From contig CBDBFU010000002.1 of the NCBI GenBank assembly GCA_965205025.1, positions 192,001 to 256,000 of the forward strand: a stretch of 64,000 nt of DNA, written 5' to 3'. This document shows, piece by piece, positions 20,325 to 29,266 of the stretch. The translations under genes and the position numbers were made by a program. The notes under the pieces were generated by a model. The model searched no databases. It was not told where the DNA came from and saw only the letters and a program-made list of their open reading frames with translations. Each line of letters starts with the position of its first letter. Position 1 is the stretch's first letter. Origin of the DNA: Candidatus Poribacteria bacterium. Lineage in GTDB: Bacteria; Poribacteria; WGA-4E; WGA-3G.

Positions 20325-21563
20325 CTACTCTTCTATTTGTCCTGCAATAGCAGATGCTCGCGCACCTACACCCAGTACAGCTAAGAATCCCTCCGAATCC
20401 GCATGGTCAAAATCCCCAATGTCTTCCATTGAAGCGGTTTCTTCTGAGTAAAGTGAATGTGGTACACCGGTAGCAGCATGAAATGCTACATTGCCTTTAT
20501 ACAGACTTACTGTTATCGTGCCACTTGCTAAACGGGTCAACGGGTCAATTGAACTTAACATAGACTGTGTACCAGCATCAAACCAATAACCTTGATAAAT
20601 CTGTTCAGCAATTGAATCTGCCACACCATCATAATGTCGCCGCGCACGTCTATCTAAAATCAACTGGAGCAAAAACTCATAACATCTACCCAATAACTCC
20701 ATACCAGGGGATTCATAAACACCACGACTTTTTATTCCAACGAACCTATTTTCAACAGTATGAATGCCTATACCAACGCCATTCCGTCCACCAATTCGAT
20801 TCGCTTCTACTAAACTCATGAGTGGTGTACAAGGACTCCCATTAATCTCAACAGGTATACCACGAGCGAAAGTAACAGTGAAGTGTTCCACATCATCGGG
20901 AGCATCTTTTGGATGCACTCCCATTCCCGGTGTAATAAACCCGGCAGGCGTTTTTAGTGATTCTAAACGTCCAGCTTCATGTGTTAATCCCAATAAATTA
21001 GCATCTGTAGAATAAGGTTTTTCATGTGTAGCGGTAATCGGTAAACCGTGTTCTTGGCAGAAATCTATCATTTCCTTTCTACCACCGAAATGCTTGAGAA
21101 AATCCGCATCACGCCACGGTGCATAAACAGAAAAATGTGGATTAAGCATATTTGTAGCAAGTTGAAAACGCACCTGATCGTTCCCACGGCCTGTTGCTCC
21201 ATGCGTCAATATAGAAATGCCACGTTTTTCCATCTCTGGCAATAACGCTTTTACAGTAACATGTCGAGCAATACCTGTTGTATTCCAATATCCGCCTTCA
21301 TACTTCGCCTGACATTGAATCAGTTTGAGTCCTTCTTCTGCCAGTGCATCCTTTGCATCGACTATGACCGCCTCTTGTGCCCCACATGCCAACATCCGAT
21401 CCTTGATCTCATCAACGTTCCTTTCATCCGGCTGACCAAGGTCTGCAGTAAGACAAACGACATTAACACCGTTATCAACTAACCATTTCGTAATTGTGCA
21501 ACTATCAAGACCGCCTGAAACTGCTGCCCCAACAGTTTGTCCTTTTAATTGATGTATATTCAT
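20325..21563 (-). CDS. argG: Argininosuccinate synthase
   Basis: SGGLDS, HGATGRGNDQVRF, PYSTDANLLGLTHE, ENRFVGIKSRGVYESPG. Likely start 21563 (alternative 21587). Confidence 0.95.
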   Translation of the reverse strand: MNIHQLKGQTVGAAVSGGLDSCTITKWLVDNGVNVVCLTADLGQPDERNVDEIKDRMLACGAQEAVIVDAKDALAEEGLKLIQCQAKYEGGYWNTTGIARHVTVKALLPEMEKRGISILTHGATGRGNDQVRFQLATNMLNPHFSVYAPWRDADFLKHFGGRKEMIDFCQEHGLPITATHEKPYSTDANLLGLTHEAGRLESLKTPAGFITPGMGVHPKDAPDDVEHFTVTFARGIPVEINGSPCTPLMSLVEANRIGGRNGVGIGIHTVENRFVGIKSRGVYESPGMELLGRCYEFLLQLILDRRARRHYDGVADSIAEQIYQGYWFDAGTQSMLSSIDPLTRLASGTITVSLYKGNVAFHAATGVPHSLYSEETASMEDIGDFDHADSEGFLAVLGVGARASAIAGQIEE

Positions 21564-21857
21564 AAGGTGAATTATACCACCATTCAATCATAATGGCAAT
21601 TCCAGGTTATGTAAAATCTTTGTCACTAAGCATTACGCGGGTATTGTATCATCTTTAGTATACATCTATTCTCCAGTCATGTTAGATGTATGGATACTGT
21701 GTATTGTAATAACTGTTAATTTTTGTTGTCTTGAAATGGTTGCACTTTCACGGAAACCTTCACGGATCAATTTTACGAGCCCTTATTCTATAAGGGTTTA
21801 TAATTTAAAGTAGACCGATTTTCCGTGAATCACATACGTTAGTTATATTATAACTTA

Positions 21858-22232
21858 AGTGTGTATTAAGTACTTATCTGTTTTTCATACGAAGTGTATT
21901 GGGACATAGCACTCCGCTGGAGTGCCAGTCTGTTCGATATTGTTTTCTATAGACATTGTACTCCGCTGGAGTACGGTATTAGTGTGTATTAAGTACTTAT
22001 ACCATTTCTATAAATGATTCTCCCATAATTAGGTGATATTTATGTCTTGAAATACTACACAAACTGGAAGTTTGTGCTACATTAAAGAGATTTTATTAAT
22101 GGGACTTTAATTACCAGAAATGGTATTATATGTTTTTCATACGAAGCGTATTGGCACATAGCACTCCGCTGGAGTGCCAGTCTGTTCGATATTGTTTTCT
22201 ATAGACATAGTACTCCGCTGGAGTACGGTATT
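21858..22232. repeat. Tandem duplication of a ~123-bp double-hairpin unit; second copy interrupted by MITE A
   Basis: The unit AGTGTGTATTAAGTACTTA...GCACTCCGCTGGAGTGC...GTACTCCGCTGGAGTACGGTATT occurs at 21858-21980 and again from 21981. Confidence 0.85.
22000..22125. mobile_element. MITE family A (126 bp, no nested insert)
   Basis: TIRs TACCATTTCT/AGAAATGGTA. TTA duplication shown by the empty site in the adjacent tandem copy. Confidence 0.9.
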
Positions 22233-22309
22233 TTTGATATAGAAAACTGAATAAAAAATGGAGTTATCATTATACACTCAGTTTCCCCAGAATTTGAATT
22301 GTTAATCCT

Positions 22310-22453
22310 AACGTGAGTTTGATAAGACACATTGTAACCCGAACTTTTAGTTAACACCAGAGTGCACAAACTGGAAAGTTTGTGCTACAAAGACTATCTT
22401 CAGGACAAAATTCTGTTTTTCGAACTGACATTTTTTATTATCAAACTGGCGTT
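22310..22453. mobile_element. MITE family E (short form)
   Basis: TIRs AACGTGAGTTTGATAA/TTATCAAACTGGCGTT, flanked by direct repeat AATCCT. Contains the GCACAAACT-GGAA-AGTTTGTGCTAC hairpin. Confidence 0.8.
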
Positions 22454-22798
22454 AATCCTAATATACAGACAAAAAATAAGGTCTAAAAACAGTCATTTAA
22501 TCCTAAATCTCAGACAGTATATCGTGTTGTTGTTGCATTTCTCAATGCATCGAAAACATGAAAAAAGTTACACTTTTTGTCACACGGTGTGACATTGAAA
22601 TTGGTGTAATTTACCCCTATAACCCCTGTCATAGACTGACTTTACTTCACTTTGAATTGACTTTATAAGAAATTCGAAAATATGTGATTTTGTGTTATTG
22701 TTGTGCTTCCTGAATTTGTCATTCCCAACGGTTAAAAAGGTATGCTTTTTTGACGTATATGAAACTTTGTATTTAGGATCGTTTTTATTGATAATCAT

Positions 22799-22833
22799 TA
22801 GTTTTTAGTTTTTAGTTTATAGTTTTTAGTTTG
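22799..22833. repeat. Heptanucleotide microsatellite (TAGTTTN)x5
   Basis: tagtttt tagtttt tagttta tagtttt tagtttg read directly. Confidence 0.6.
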
Positions 22834-22914
22834 TATTCTAACCTGTAATCTTGTTTTGTAACCTCTAATTTTATTTTCATTATGACAAATATTTTAATAT
22901 TATCTTATATTATT

Positions 22915-24373
22915 CAATACCTTCGCCAATTATCCTGTGCTTAGTTCTAACTGTGTGTGATGAATAGCACCGATAGAACTAAGGTGCTGTGTGATTTGCT
23001 CAATAACAATAGGTTCAGGTTTTTGCGGAAGTATTTTTAATGTTTCCTCTAAATACTTCATAGCTCGGTATTTTGCTTTCAAATCTAATACGCTACACGC
23101 CGTGTTATTAGACCGAAATGTGTTTGCCATTTTCGCACTCACATTTACCATAAACAAGGATAAGTTTGCTGCATTGTTCACAGGTGTTTTTTTGACATTC
23201 ATAAAATCTTCCAACCCCCAATACTGTTTTGCGTCTCTGAAGTTAAACTCTATTTGAAAACGAAGGGAGTAATAATCAATCATCTTTAGAGCACTCAGTT
23301 TTAGGTCAGAACTAAACAATAACACGTGTGATTTTTGTCCTGTCAGCAGATGCGTCTTGAGAAGACAAACAATATTGAGAGGATCCGCAAACTGCTTATG
23401 ACGCAAGTGTACTTGATACACTTCGGTTCTGATGTTATCGGTTGTTTCAACAGAGACACGCCATTTGTTATCCATTTGTTGTGGATTGAAACGATCCCCA
23501 TAGAGGGCGCGGCGTCCACGACCTTTATACGGTGTCGTTGGTGGATAATAGAGCGCAGCATCTGTGCGAAGTTTTGAAATGAGATGGAGACCACATTGTG
23601 ATACCATTTGTAGCGCATTATTGTGTCCGAAATATCCATCAAGCACAAAATAACGGAGTTTGATACAATCTCCCATCTGTTTGAGAAATGATTTCACCAT
23701 AGTTTGAAGTTGTTTCAAAGTATTGCTGAACACAACATCCTTTTTGTTTCGATTCAGGCTCCCTTTGGGGCGACCACGCCCTCGTTTTGTTATGGCTTTC
23801 TGTGTATTCTCCTGATCTTCGATTGCAGACACATCCATATTGGCTGATGCGTTGCTACGCACGATTTGTTCCATCATCATTGGGTAAGAACACCTGTCTT
23901 TGACGCTTACTAAGGACACCGCTAAAAATGACAAACCGGAAATCGGTTTTCCATGTAATGAGGAGAAGAAGCGATCTATACCATAAGTTTTTTTCCCAGT
24001 TTTTGACACCGTGACTTCATCTGCTACAAGGATATACAAACTTTTAGGATCAAACAGATATTTTTTGAAAAAGAGCCAACACATCTTTGGCCAAGGGAGA
24101 TCTGTGCTAAAGAAGCGTTGTATCGTACGATAACTCCCTCCTTTTGATGTCCAACGGGAGATATTTAACATTGTGACCTGACCTGTCATCGCAAGCAGGG
24201 CAAATACAACTTGACATAACTGGCGGATCATAGTAGTGGATAAACATAGATTAAATACAGTAAATAATGCTATAATTTCTGGCATGGGTGTGTGTCCTTT
24301 CTAAGTTAAAATGATATTTTAAAACTTTAGGACAAACACCCTTTTTATTCAAGTGTTTTTGGCGAAGGTATTG
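22915..24373 (-). mobile_element. Complete insertion sequence (DDE, IS4/IS701-like)
   Basis: Perfect 15-bp TIRs CAATACCTTCGCCAA (22915-22929) / TTGGCGAAGGTATTG (24359-24373). 6-bp direct repeat ATTATT on both flanks. Encloses the transposase ORF. Confidence 0.93.
22930..24285 (-). CDS. DDE transposase
   Basis: LVADEV, VLDGYF, YSLRFQIEFNFRDAKQ (Y-R-E-K signature). Confidence 0.93.
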   Translation of the reverse strand: MPEIIALFTVFNLCLSTTMIRQLCQVVFALLAMTGQVTMLNISRWTSKGGSYRTIQRFFSTDLPWPKMCWLFFKKYLFDPKSLYILVADEVTVSKTGKKTYGIDRFFSSLHGKPISGLSFLAVSLVSVKDRCSYPMMMEQIVRSNASANMDVSAIEDQENTQKAITKRGRGRPKGSLNRNKKDVVFSNTLKQLQTMVKSFLKQMGDCIKLRYFVLDGYFGHNNALQMVSQCGLHLISKLRTDAALYYPPTTPYKGRGRRALYGDRFNPQQMDNKWRVSVETTDNIRTEVYQVHLRHKQFADPLNIVCLLKTHLLTGQKSHVLLFSSDLKLSALKMIDYYSLRFQIEFNFRDAKQYWGLEDFMNVKKTPVNNAANLSLFMVNVSAKMANTFRSNNTACSVLDLKAKYRAMKYLEETLKILPQKPEPIVIEQITQHLSSIGAIHHTQLELSTG

Positions 24374-24500
24374 ATTATTGTGATATATGTTATGTTAGAT
24401 GTTAGATGTTTGTGTTTTCTTCATTTTTTTAAATTTGATTTTGAAATGTTTGATCCTTGTTAATATCATAAACTTTACACACCCGACATCCCAAAAAGAC

Positions 24501-24529
24501 TTGACATAACTATTGTCTTGTATTATACT
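24501..24529 (+). promoter_or_regulatory. sigma70 promoter of tRNA-tilS-hpt
   Basis: TTGACA-N17-TATACT, 20 bp upstream of the tRNA. Confidence 0.8.
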
Positions 24530-24548
24530 TAAAAAATAGATTTAGCGT

Positions 24549-24620
24549 GCCGGTGTAGCTCAGTGGTAGAGCACACGACTCATAATCGTGCTGTCCGGAG
24601 TTCGACTCTCCGCACCGGCA
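24549..24620 (+). tRNA. tRNA with CAT anticodon (elongator Met more likely than Ile2)
   Basis: Acceptor GCCGGTG/CACCGGC-A, D arm GCTC-AGTGGTA-GAGC, anticodon arm CACGA-CTCATAA-TCGTG, TTCGA loop. No encoded CCA. Confidence 0.92.
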
Positions 24621-24643
24621 TTGTTCTTTAAGGCACTCACCTC

Positions 24644-26059
24644 ATGAAATCCTGTTTTGTGCAAGAAATGTATCGTTTCATTTCTCAGCACTCAATGATT
24701 GAGGCTGGAGAAATTGTTCTTGTCGCGGTCTCAGGTGGTGCTGATTCAATGGCACTACTCTACGGGTTACATACCTTACTGCCTCATCTTAACTGCTACC
24801 TTCATATTGTTCATCTTGATCACAACCTCAGAGATGATTCTGCCACAGATGCCAAATTCGTAGAAGAACACACTACACATTTAGGATTACCTTTCTCCGG
24901 ACACACGGTTGAATTATCACAATTAATGAAACAGTGGAAACTCTCTACTGAAGCTGCAGGCCGTAGAGCTCGTTACGAGTTTTTTGAGTCTGTTTGCCAT
25001 AAAACTGGGGCTACAAAAATTGCACTTGGCCACCATAAGGACGATATCGCAGAAACTCTTCTAATGAATTTGGTCCGTGGTGTCGGATCGAGTGGATTAA
25101 AAGGTATTTTACCAATTAGAGATGGGAAGTTTATCAGACCTTTGGCAGGATTCAGTCGAAAAGAAATTGAGATGTTTCTTGACTCAGAAAATCTGGTGCC
25201 ACGGCAAGATCCAACAAATACAGATCAACGCTATCTACGGAATCGTATCCGACATGAATTGTTACCTATATTGGAACAGAATTACAATCCAAACATTAGA
25301 ACTGGATTGACCAAAACCGCGGAAATATTAGGAACTGAATCTGCATATCTTGACAGTTTAGCACGCGAAGCATTTGAAAATGGCAAACTTTCTCCTTCCA
25401 ATAAAACTTCTATTATCTTGGATAGAAGTACATTCCAACAGAAACATCTTGTCTTACAGAGACGGATTCTAAGACATGCAATCTCTGAAATGGCAGGTAA
25501 AATGAGTGATTTTTCATTTGATCATTACCAAGCAATTCTAAACTCTATCAATGGTGAAAGACCGAACGCTATGTTATCTTTACCAAACGAACTATTGTTT
25601 AGAAGAGCTTATGACCAGCTTATATTTGAGAGTAAATCTACCGAGATTGAAGAGTATGTATATTCGCTTGATGTACCGGGACAGACATATATTACAGAAG
25701 TAAATGCGAATATCACAGCACATGTATATGACTCATTACCGACTGACAAACTCTCTATACCTGATGGAACTTACGAGGCTATATTCGATTATGAAAAAGT
25801 AGATTTACCATTAATAGTCCGTAATCGGCGACAAGGTGACAGATTTCAGCCGCACGGAATGAAAGGAACAAAAAAGATTAAAGATTACATGATAGATGTA
25901 AAAGTTCCAAGAATGGACAGAGATAAAATCCCTTTACTTGTCTTTGGGAATGAAATCTTATGGGTTATCGGTTTCACCACGAATAACAAATTCAAAATTG
26001 TATCACAAACTAAGAAATATCTGCACTTACATTATGGAAATAACGAAACCGCACTCTAA
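24644..26059 (+). CDS. tilS: tRNA(Ile)-lysidine synthetase
   Basis: AVSGGADS, HLDHNLR, RRARY, GHHKDD, IRPL, DPTN, RNRIRH; C-terminal GDRF..KKIK domain. Confidence 0.95.
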   Translation: MKSCFVQEMYRFISQHSMIEAGEIVLVAVSGGADSMALLYGLHTLLPHLNCYLHIVHLDHNLRDDSATDAKFVEEHTTHLGLPFSGHTVELSQLMKQWKLSTEAAGRRARYEFFESVCHKTGATKIALGHHKDDIAETLLMNLVRGVGSSGLKGILPIRDGKFIRPLAGFSRKEIEMFLDSENLVPRQDPTNTDQRYLRNRIRHELLPILEQNYNPNIRTGLTKTAEILGTESAYLDSLAREAFENGKLSPSNKTSIILDRSTFQQKHLVLQRRILRHAISEMAGKMSDFSFDHYQAILNSINGERPNAMLSLPNELLFRRAYDQLIFESKSTEIEEYVYSLDVPGQTYITEVNANITAHVYDSLPTDKLSIPDGTYEAIFDYEKVDLPLIVRNRRQGDRFQPHGMKGTKKIKDYMIDVKVPRMDRDKIPLLVFGNEILWVIGFTTNNKFKIVSQTKKYLHLHYGNNETAL

Positions 26060-26582
26060 AACCGTGTTGATTTCGGAATCTGAGATTCACAGACGAATCT
26101 TGGAACTCGGCAAGCAAATATCTAAAGACTATGAAAATCGTGAACTTGTCCTAATTTGTGTCCTCAGAGGTGCAGCATTATTCTTCGCTGATCTTGCCCG
26201 GGAGATTTCACTACCGCTACGATTTGAGTTCTTACAAACCTCAAGTTATCATAACAGTACTGAACCTTCAAAGAATATTCAGTTCATCAGAACTGGTAGT
26301 GAGTATGTAAAAGACAGAGATGTTCTTATTGTAGAGGATATTATTGACACAGGACAAACCTTGAAATTCCTCGTCGAACATCTTGAAACTTTAACCCCAA
26401 ATAGCATTAAGATCTGTACACTTCTTGACAAACCCTCCCGTCGGCAGGTCTCTGTTCAGATTGATTATTTAGGTTTTGAAATCCCAAATGTCTTTGTTGT
26501 AGGATATGGACTTGATTATGGACAATTATATCGAAATTTACCCTACATAGCTGTCTTAGAATCCATCTCAGAAACACACTAA
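26034..26582 (+). CDS. hpt: Hypoxanthine phosphoribosyltransferase
   Basis: VLRGA, VLIVEDIIDTGQT, LLDK, FVVGYGLDY...RNLPYI; conserved tilS-hpt order. Confidence 0.95.
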   Translation: MEITKPHSKTVLISESEIHRRILELGKQISKDYENRELVLICVLRGAALFFADLAREISLPLRFEFLQTSSYHNSTEPSKNIQFIRTGSEYVKDRDVLIVEDIIDTGQTLKFLVEHLETLTPNSIKICTLLDKPSRRQVSVQIDYLGFEIPNVFVVGYGLDYGQLYRNLPYIAVLESISETH

Positions 26583-26659
26583 ATAGATAACATCAATTAG
26601 GAAAATATGACTAATTTTGTAATAATTAGTCATAAACCCTAATTTAACAACATTTTTTC

Positions 26660-26688
26660 TTGACATCATCCTTAACATTCTATAAAAT
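26660..26688 (+). promoter_or_regulatory. sigma70 promoter, with upstream palindrome TATGACTAATT-N7-AATTAGTCATA
   Basis: TTGACA-N17-TAAAAT upstream of the cytochrome c gene. Confidence 0.6.
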
Positions 26689-26734
26689 ACAAGTTAGCAT
26701 TATTAAATGCCATCATTATATAAGGAGATTTTTG

Positions 26735-27520
26735 ATGCGTAAGTTTGTTTCGCTTTCAATAGGCGTAATACTGATTGCTGTCTTAATTGTCTTTACACAA
26801 GCTCAACAATTATCAGACAAAGCCCAACTTGGACGCGAACTATTTCATGATCCAACATTTAAAGGAACTATAAAACCCGGTTCTAAACCTGGTAATGCCA
26901 CAGGACTTACTTGTGCAAACTGTCATGCAGATTTTGATGAAGAGGCAAACCCTGACGGTTTAATTCGAGCTGGTCATAGTATTATAGGTGTACCACAGCG
27001 TGGTTCTGCAAAAGGTGGAATGATTGCTGGGGCTGATTTTGAACGTGCAGCCGGTGGTGGTGGTTTCTGTTATGAACACTTTCTACAACGGATCGCTCAC
27101 GATAAGGTTAACCCTACTGCGATCCCGGAAGAACATGCTGAAGCCCTTATGGCATATTTTAAAGCCGTTTCTGGGGACAATAAAGGTCCACAGTTTAAAA
27201 TTGAAATGTTAGATAATGCAGCAAAAGCTGCAGCTGGTGAGAAAATAGCGGCAATGGCAGGTAATAGTGAAAAGGGTTGGGAACTTTTTGGACGTGCTTG
27301 TGTCGTCTGTCACCCAACACCTTTCAAAGCAGGTATCGGCACCCAACTTGTTAGATCCAGAGCCCCGCGTGACATCGATAAAACTATGGTTCGATGGGCA
27401 ACTAAGATTCGGGGTGGTGGTTTTCTCATGCCATTCTACGCTACCGACATCCTTAGTGATCAAGATATAGTGGACATTCTCGCCTTCCTACGAGAACAAA
27501 TGGAAAACACTGCGAGGTAA
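26735..27520 (+). CDS. Exported di-heme c-type cytochrome
   Basis: Signal peptide, GRELFHD...CANCH and GWELF..ACVVCH, distal MP. Start follows an AAGGAG RBS. Confidence 0.85.
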   Translation: MRKFVSLSIGVILIAVLIVFTQAQQLSDKAQLGRELFHDPTFKGTIKPGSKPGNATGLTCANCHADFDEEANPDGLIRAGHSIIGVPQRGSAKGGMIAGADFERAAGGGGFCYEHFLQRIAHDKVNPTAIPEEHAEALMAYFKAVSGDNKGPQFKIEMLDNAAKAAAGEKIAAMAGNSEKGWELFGRACVVCHPTPFKAGIGTQLVRSRAPRDIDKTMVRWATKIRGGGFLMPFYATDILSDQDIVDILAFLREQMENTAR

Positions 27521-27581
27521 TCTATTGTCTTGATAAGAATTTAATCTTACCATGACACTTTTTGCCTTCTCAATATTTTTT

Positions 27582-27703
27582 TGTAACCTATTTCAGCATT
27601 GTACGTATTAATTGTTACCGCCTTGTATTAAATGGTTGGCGTAAACGATTGATATGGAGAGTTGAGATGTTTGATGTTGTAACCTATTGCTAAGCAATCC
27701 GTT
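27582..27703 (+). promoter_or_regulatory. Two tandem ECF-sigma-type promoters
   Basis: TGTAAC-N16-CGTA (27582-27607) and TGTAAC-N16-CGTT (27678-27703). Confidence 0.6.
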
Positions 27704-27759
27704 ATTTATTTGACGTTTGTATAATTAATGGTTGTAGACAAAAAGCAAGAGGGCAAATC

Positions 27760-28287
27760 ATGAAAACATCTCGATTTTTTCAAGTATTCATATATCTTCT
27801 CGCAGTTAGCTTAATATTCTCCATCTCAGGTTGTGGTGGCAGCAACATGAATAATCCTGTGGCTGACACCGATACCTTGGAAGATCGGGACGCTGACGAC
27901 TCAATTGTTGCCCTGGATACCACTCAAGAAATTGATGAAGGTAACCAAGCAGACAAATTGGATGTAACGATTACTGTCACGAAAAAGACAGTTAAAACGG
28001 GTGAAGAAGTAGAATTAACTGCTTCTGTTAAAGGTGTTAGAGGTACAAGTGTCGTATTAAATTGGCTAAATATTACAGGGTATGGTGAACTTTCATCAAC
28101 AGACGAAAATCCTGTGATGTGGACAGCCCCGATATCAATTGGAGAAGATAGCACACGTGTTGAAGTTCTTCAACTTGTTGTGACTGTGATCAGCGAGGTA
28201 GTTTCAGTTGGATCGTCTGGTATTCAAACTGACACACAAATTTTCTCAGATACAAAAGAGATACTACTACAGGTAGTTGACGGATAA
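27760..28287 (+). CDS. Lipoprotein with Ig-like domain
   Basis: Signal with lipobox ISGC, acidic linker, beta-rich domain (VELTASV...WTAP). Confidence 0.7.
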   Translation: MKTSRFFQVFIYLLAVSLIFSISGCGGSNMNNPVADTDTLEDRDADDSIVALDTTQEIDEGNQADKLDVTITVTKKTVKTGEEVELTASVKGVRGTSVVLNWLNITGYGELSSTDENPVMWTAPISIGEDSTRVEVLQLVVTVISEVVSVGSSGIQTDTQIFSDTKEILLQVVDG

Positions 28288-28447
28288 ATCATGTAAATTT
28301 AAGGAACAATAATTTCTAACAAGATAAAGTTCCTACAACCACATACAATAAGGATCGTCTCACATACTGTATGCAAGGGTCTATTCGATGCTATATACTC
28401 TCAGTTTCATAGATAGGTTCTGGTTAGCATACCACATTAGGTAAGAA

Positions 28448-29266
28448 ATGAATAAAAACTACATACAAATTATACTAACTGTTTTATCCATAGCAGTTGT
28501 TTTAGCATCGTTTACACCCTCTTCTATCGGATTACAACATCAGGTCAAACAAGGAGAAACCTTAACTGGGATAGCCCAAAAGTATAATGTTTCTATGAAG
28601 TCTATTGCGCAAGCAAACAAATTCAAAAATAATGATTATGATAGCTTGCAAATCGGTCAAAAACTTACAATTCCTGGTGTTACTAAAACGGCAAATGCTG
28701 GTGGAAGTATTGAAGGCACTGTATATACTGTCGAGCAAGGGGACTCTTTATATAGTATTGCCAAGAGATATAATGTTGAAGATTGGAGACAACTCCAAAA
28801 AACAAATGCTATCACCAATCCGAAACACCTCAAACCAGGTCAACAAATCCTTATACCAAGTGAAGTAACAATTGGTTTTTTGAAACCATTAAAAGTTCCT
28901 TTAGTTGTAACATCACATTACGGGTATCGCCATCATCCAATTACAAGACGTTACCGTCTTCATGAAGGAATAGATTTTCGGGCATCTATTGGCACCCGAG
29001 TTTATGCTTCAAAAACAGGTATTGTTACCTATGCTGCCAGAAAATCAGGATACGGGAAAATTGTCATTATACAACATAATGATAATTACTCTACCTCTTA
29101 TGGACACTTGTCAAGAATACGCGTATCCAAAGGTGATGTAGTACGTCAAGGACAAGTTATTGGCTTATCTGGCAATACAGGATTCTCGACCGGTCCGCAC
29201 CTGCATTTTGAAGTCAGATATAAGGGCAGAAGTGAAAATCCGGCTCGCCACCTTAAACTCCAGTGA
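28448..29266 (+). CDS. LysM-LysM-M23 family peptidoglycan endopeptidase
   Basis: Two LysM repeats (HQVKQGETL..IA; YTVEQGDSL..IA), HEGID, YGHLS, STGPHLHFEVR. Confidence 0.93.
   Translation: MNKNYIQIILTVLSIAVVLASFTPSSIGLQHQVKQGETLTGIAQKYNVSMKSIAQANKFKNNDYDSLQIGQKLTIPGVTKTANAGGSIEGTVYTVEQGDSLYSIAKRYNVEDWRQLQKTNAITNPKHLKPGQQILIPSEVTIGFLKPLKVPLVVTSHYGYRHHPITRRYRLHEGIDFRASIGTRVYASKTGIVTYAARKSGYGKIVIIQHNDNYSTSYGHLSRIRVSKGDVVRQGQVIGLSGNTGFSTGPHLHFEVRYKGRSENPARHLKLQ

Noticed and set aside
21831-21860. dif/Xer site at AGTTATATTATAACT
   Set aside because: The arms do not match the XerC/XerD consensus (no TTATGTTAAAT-like arm); it is an AT-rich palindrome only.
21858-22232. Possible CRISPR array from repeated CTCCGCTGGAGT palindromes
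   Set aside because: The intervening sequences are themselves duplicated rather than unique spacers, spacing is irregular, and no cas genes are present.
22362-22798. Short ORFs 22362-22592 and 22580-22798
   Set aside because: Low-complexity AT-rich translations, one starting within a MITE; no recognisable motif.
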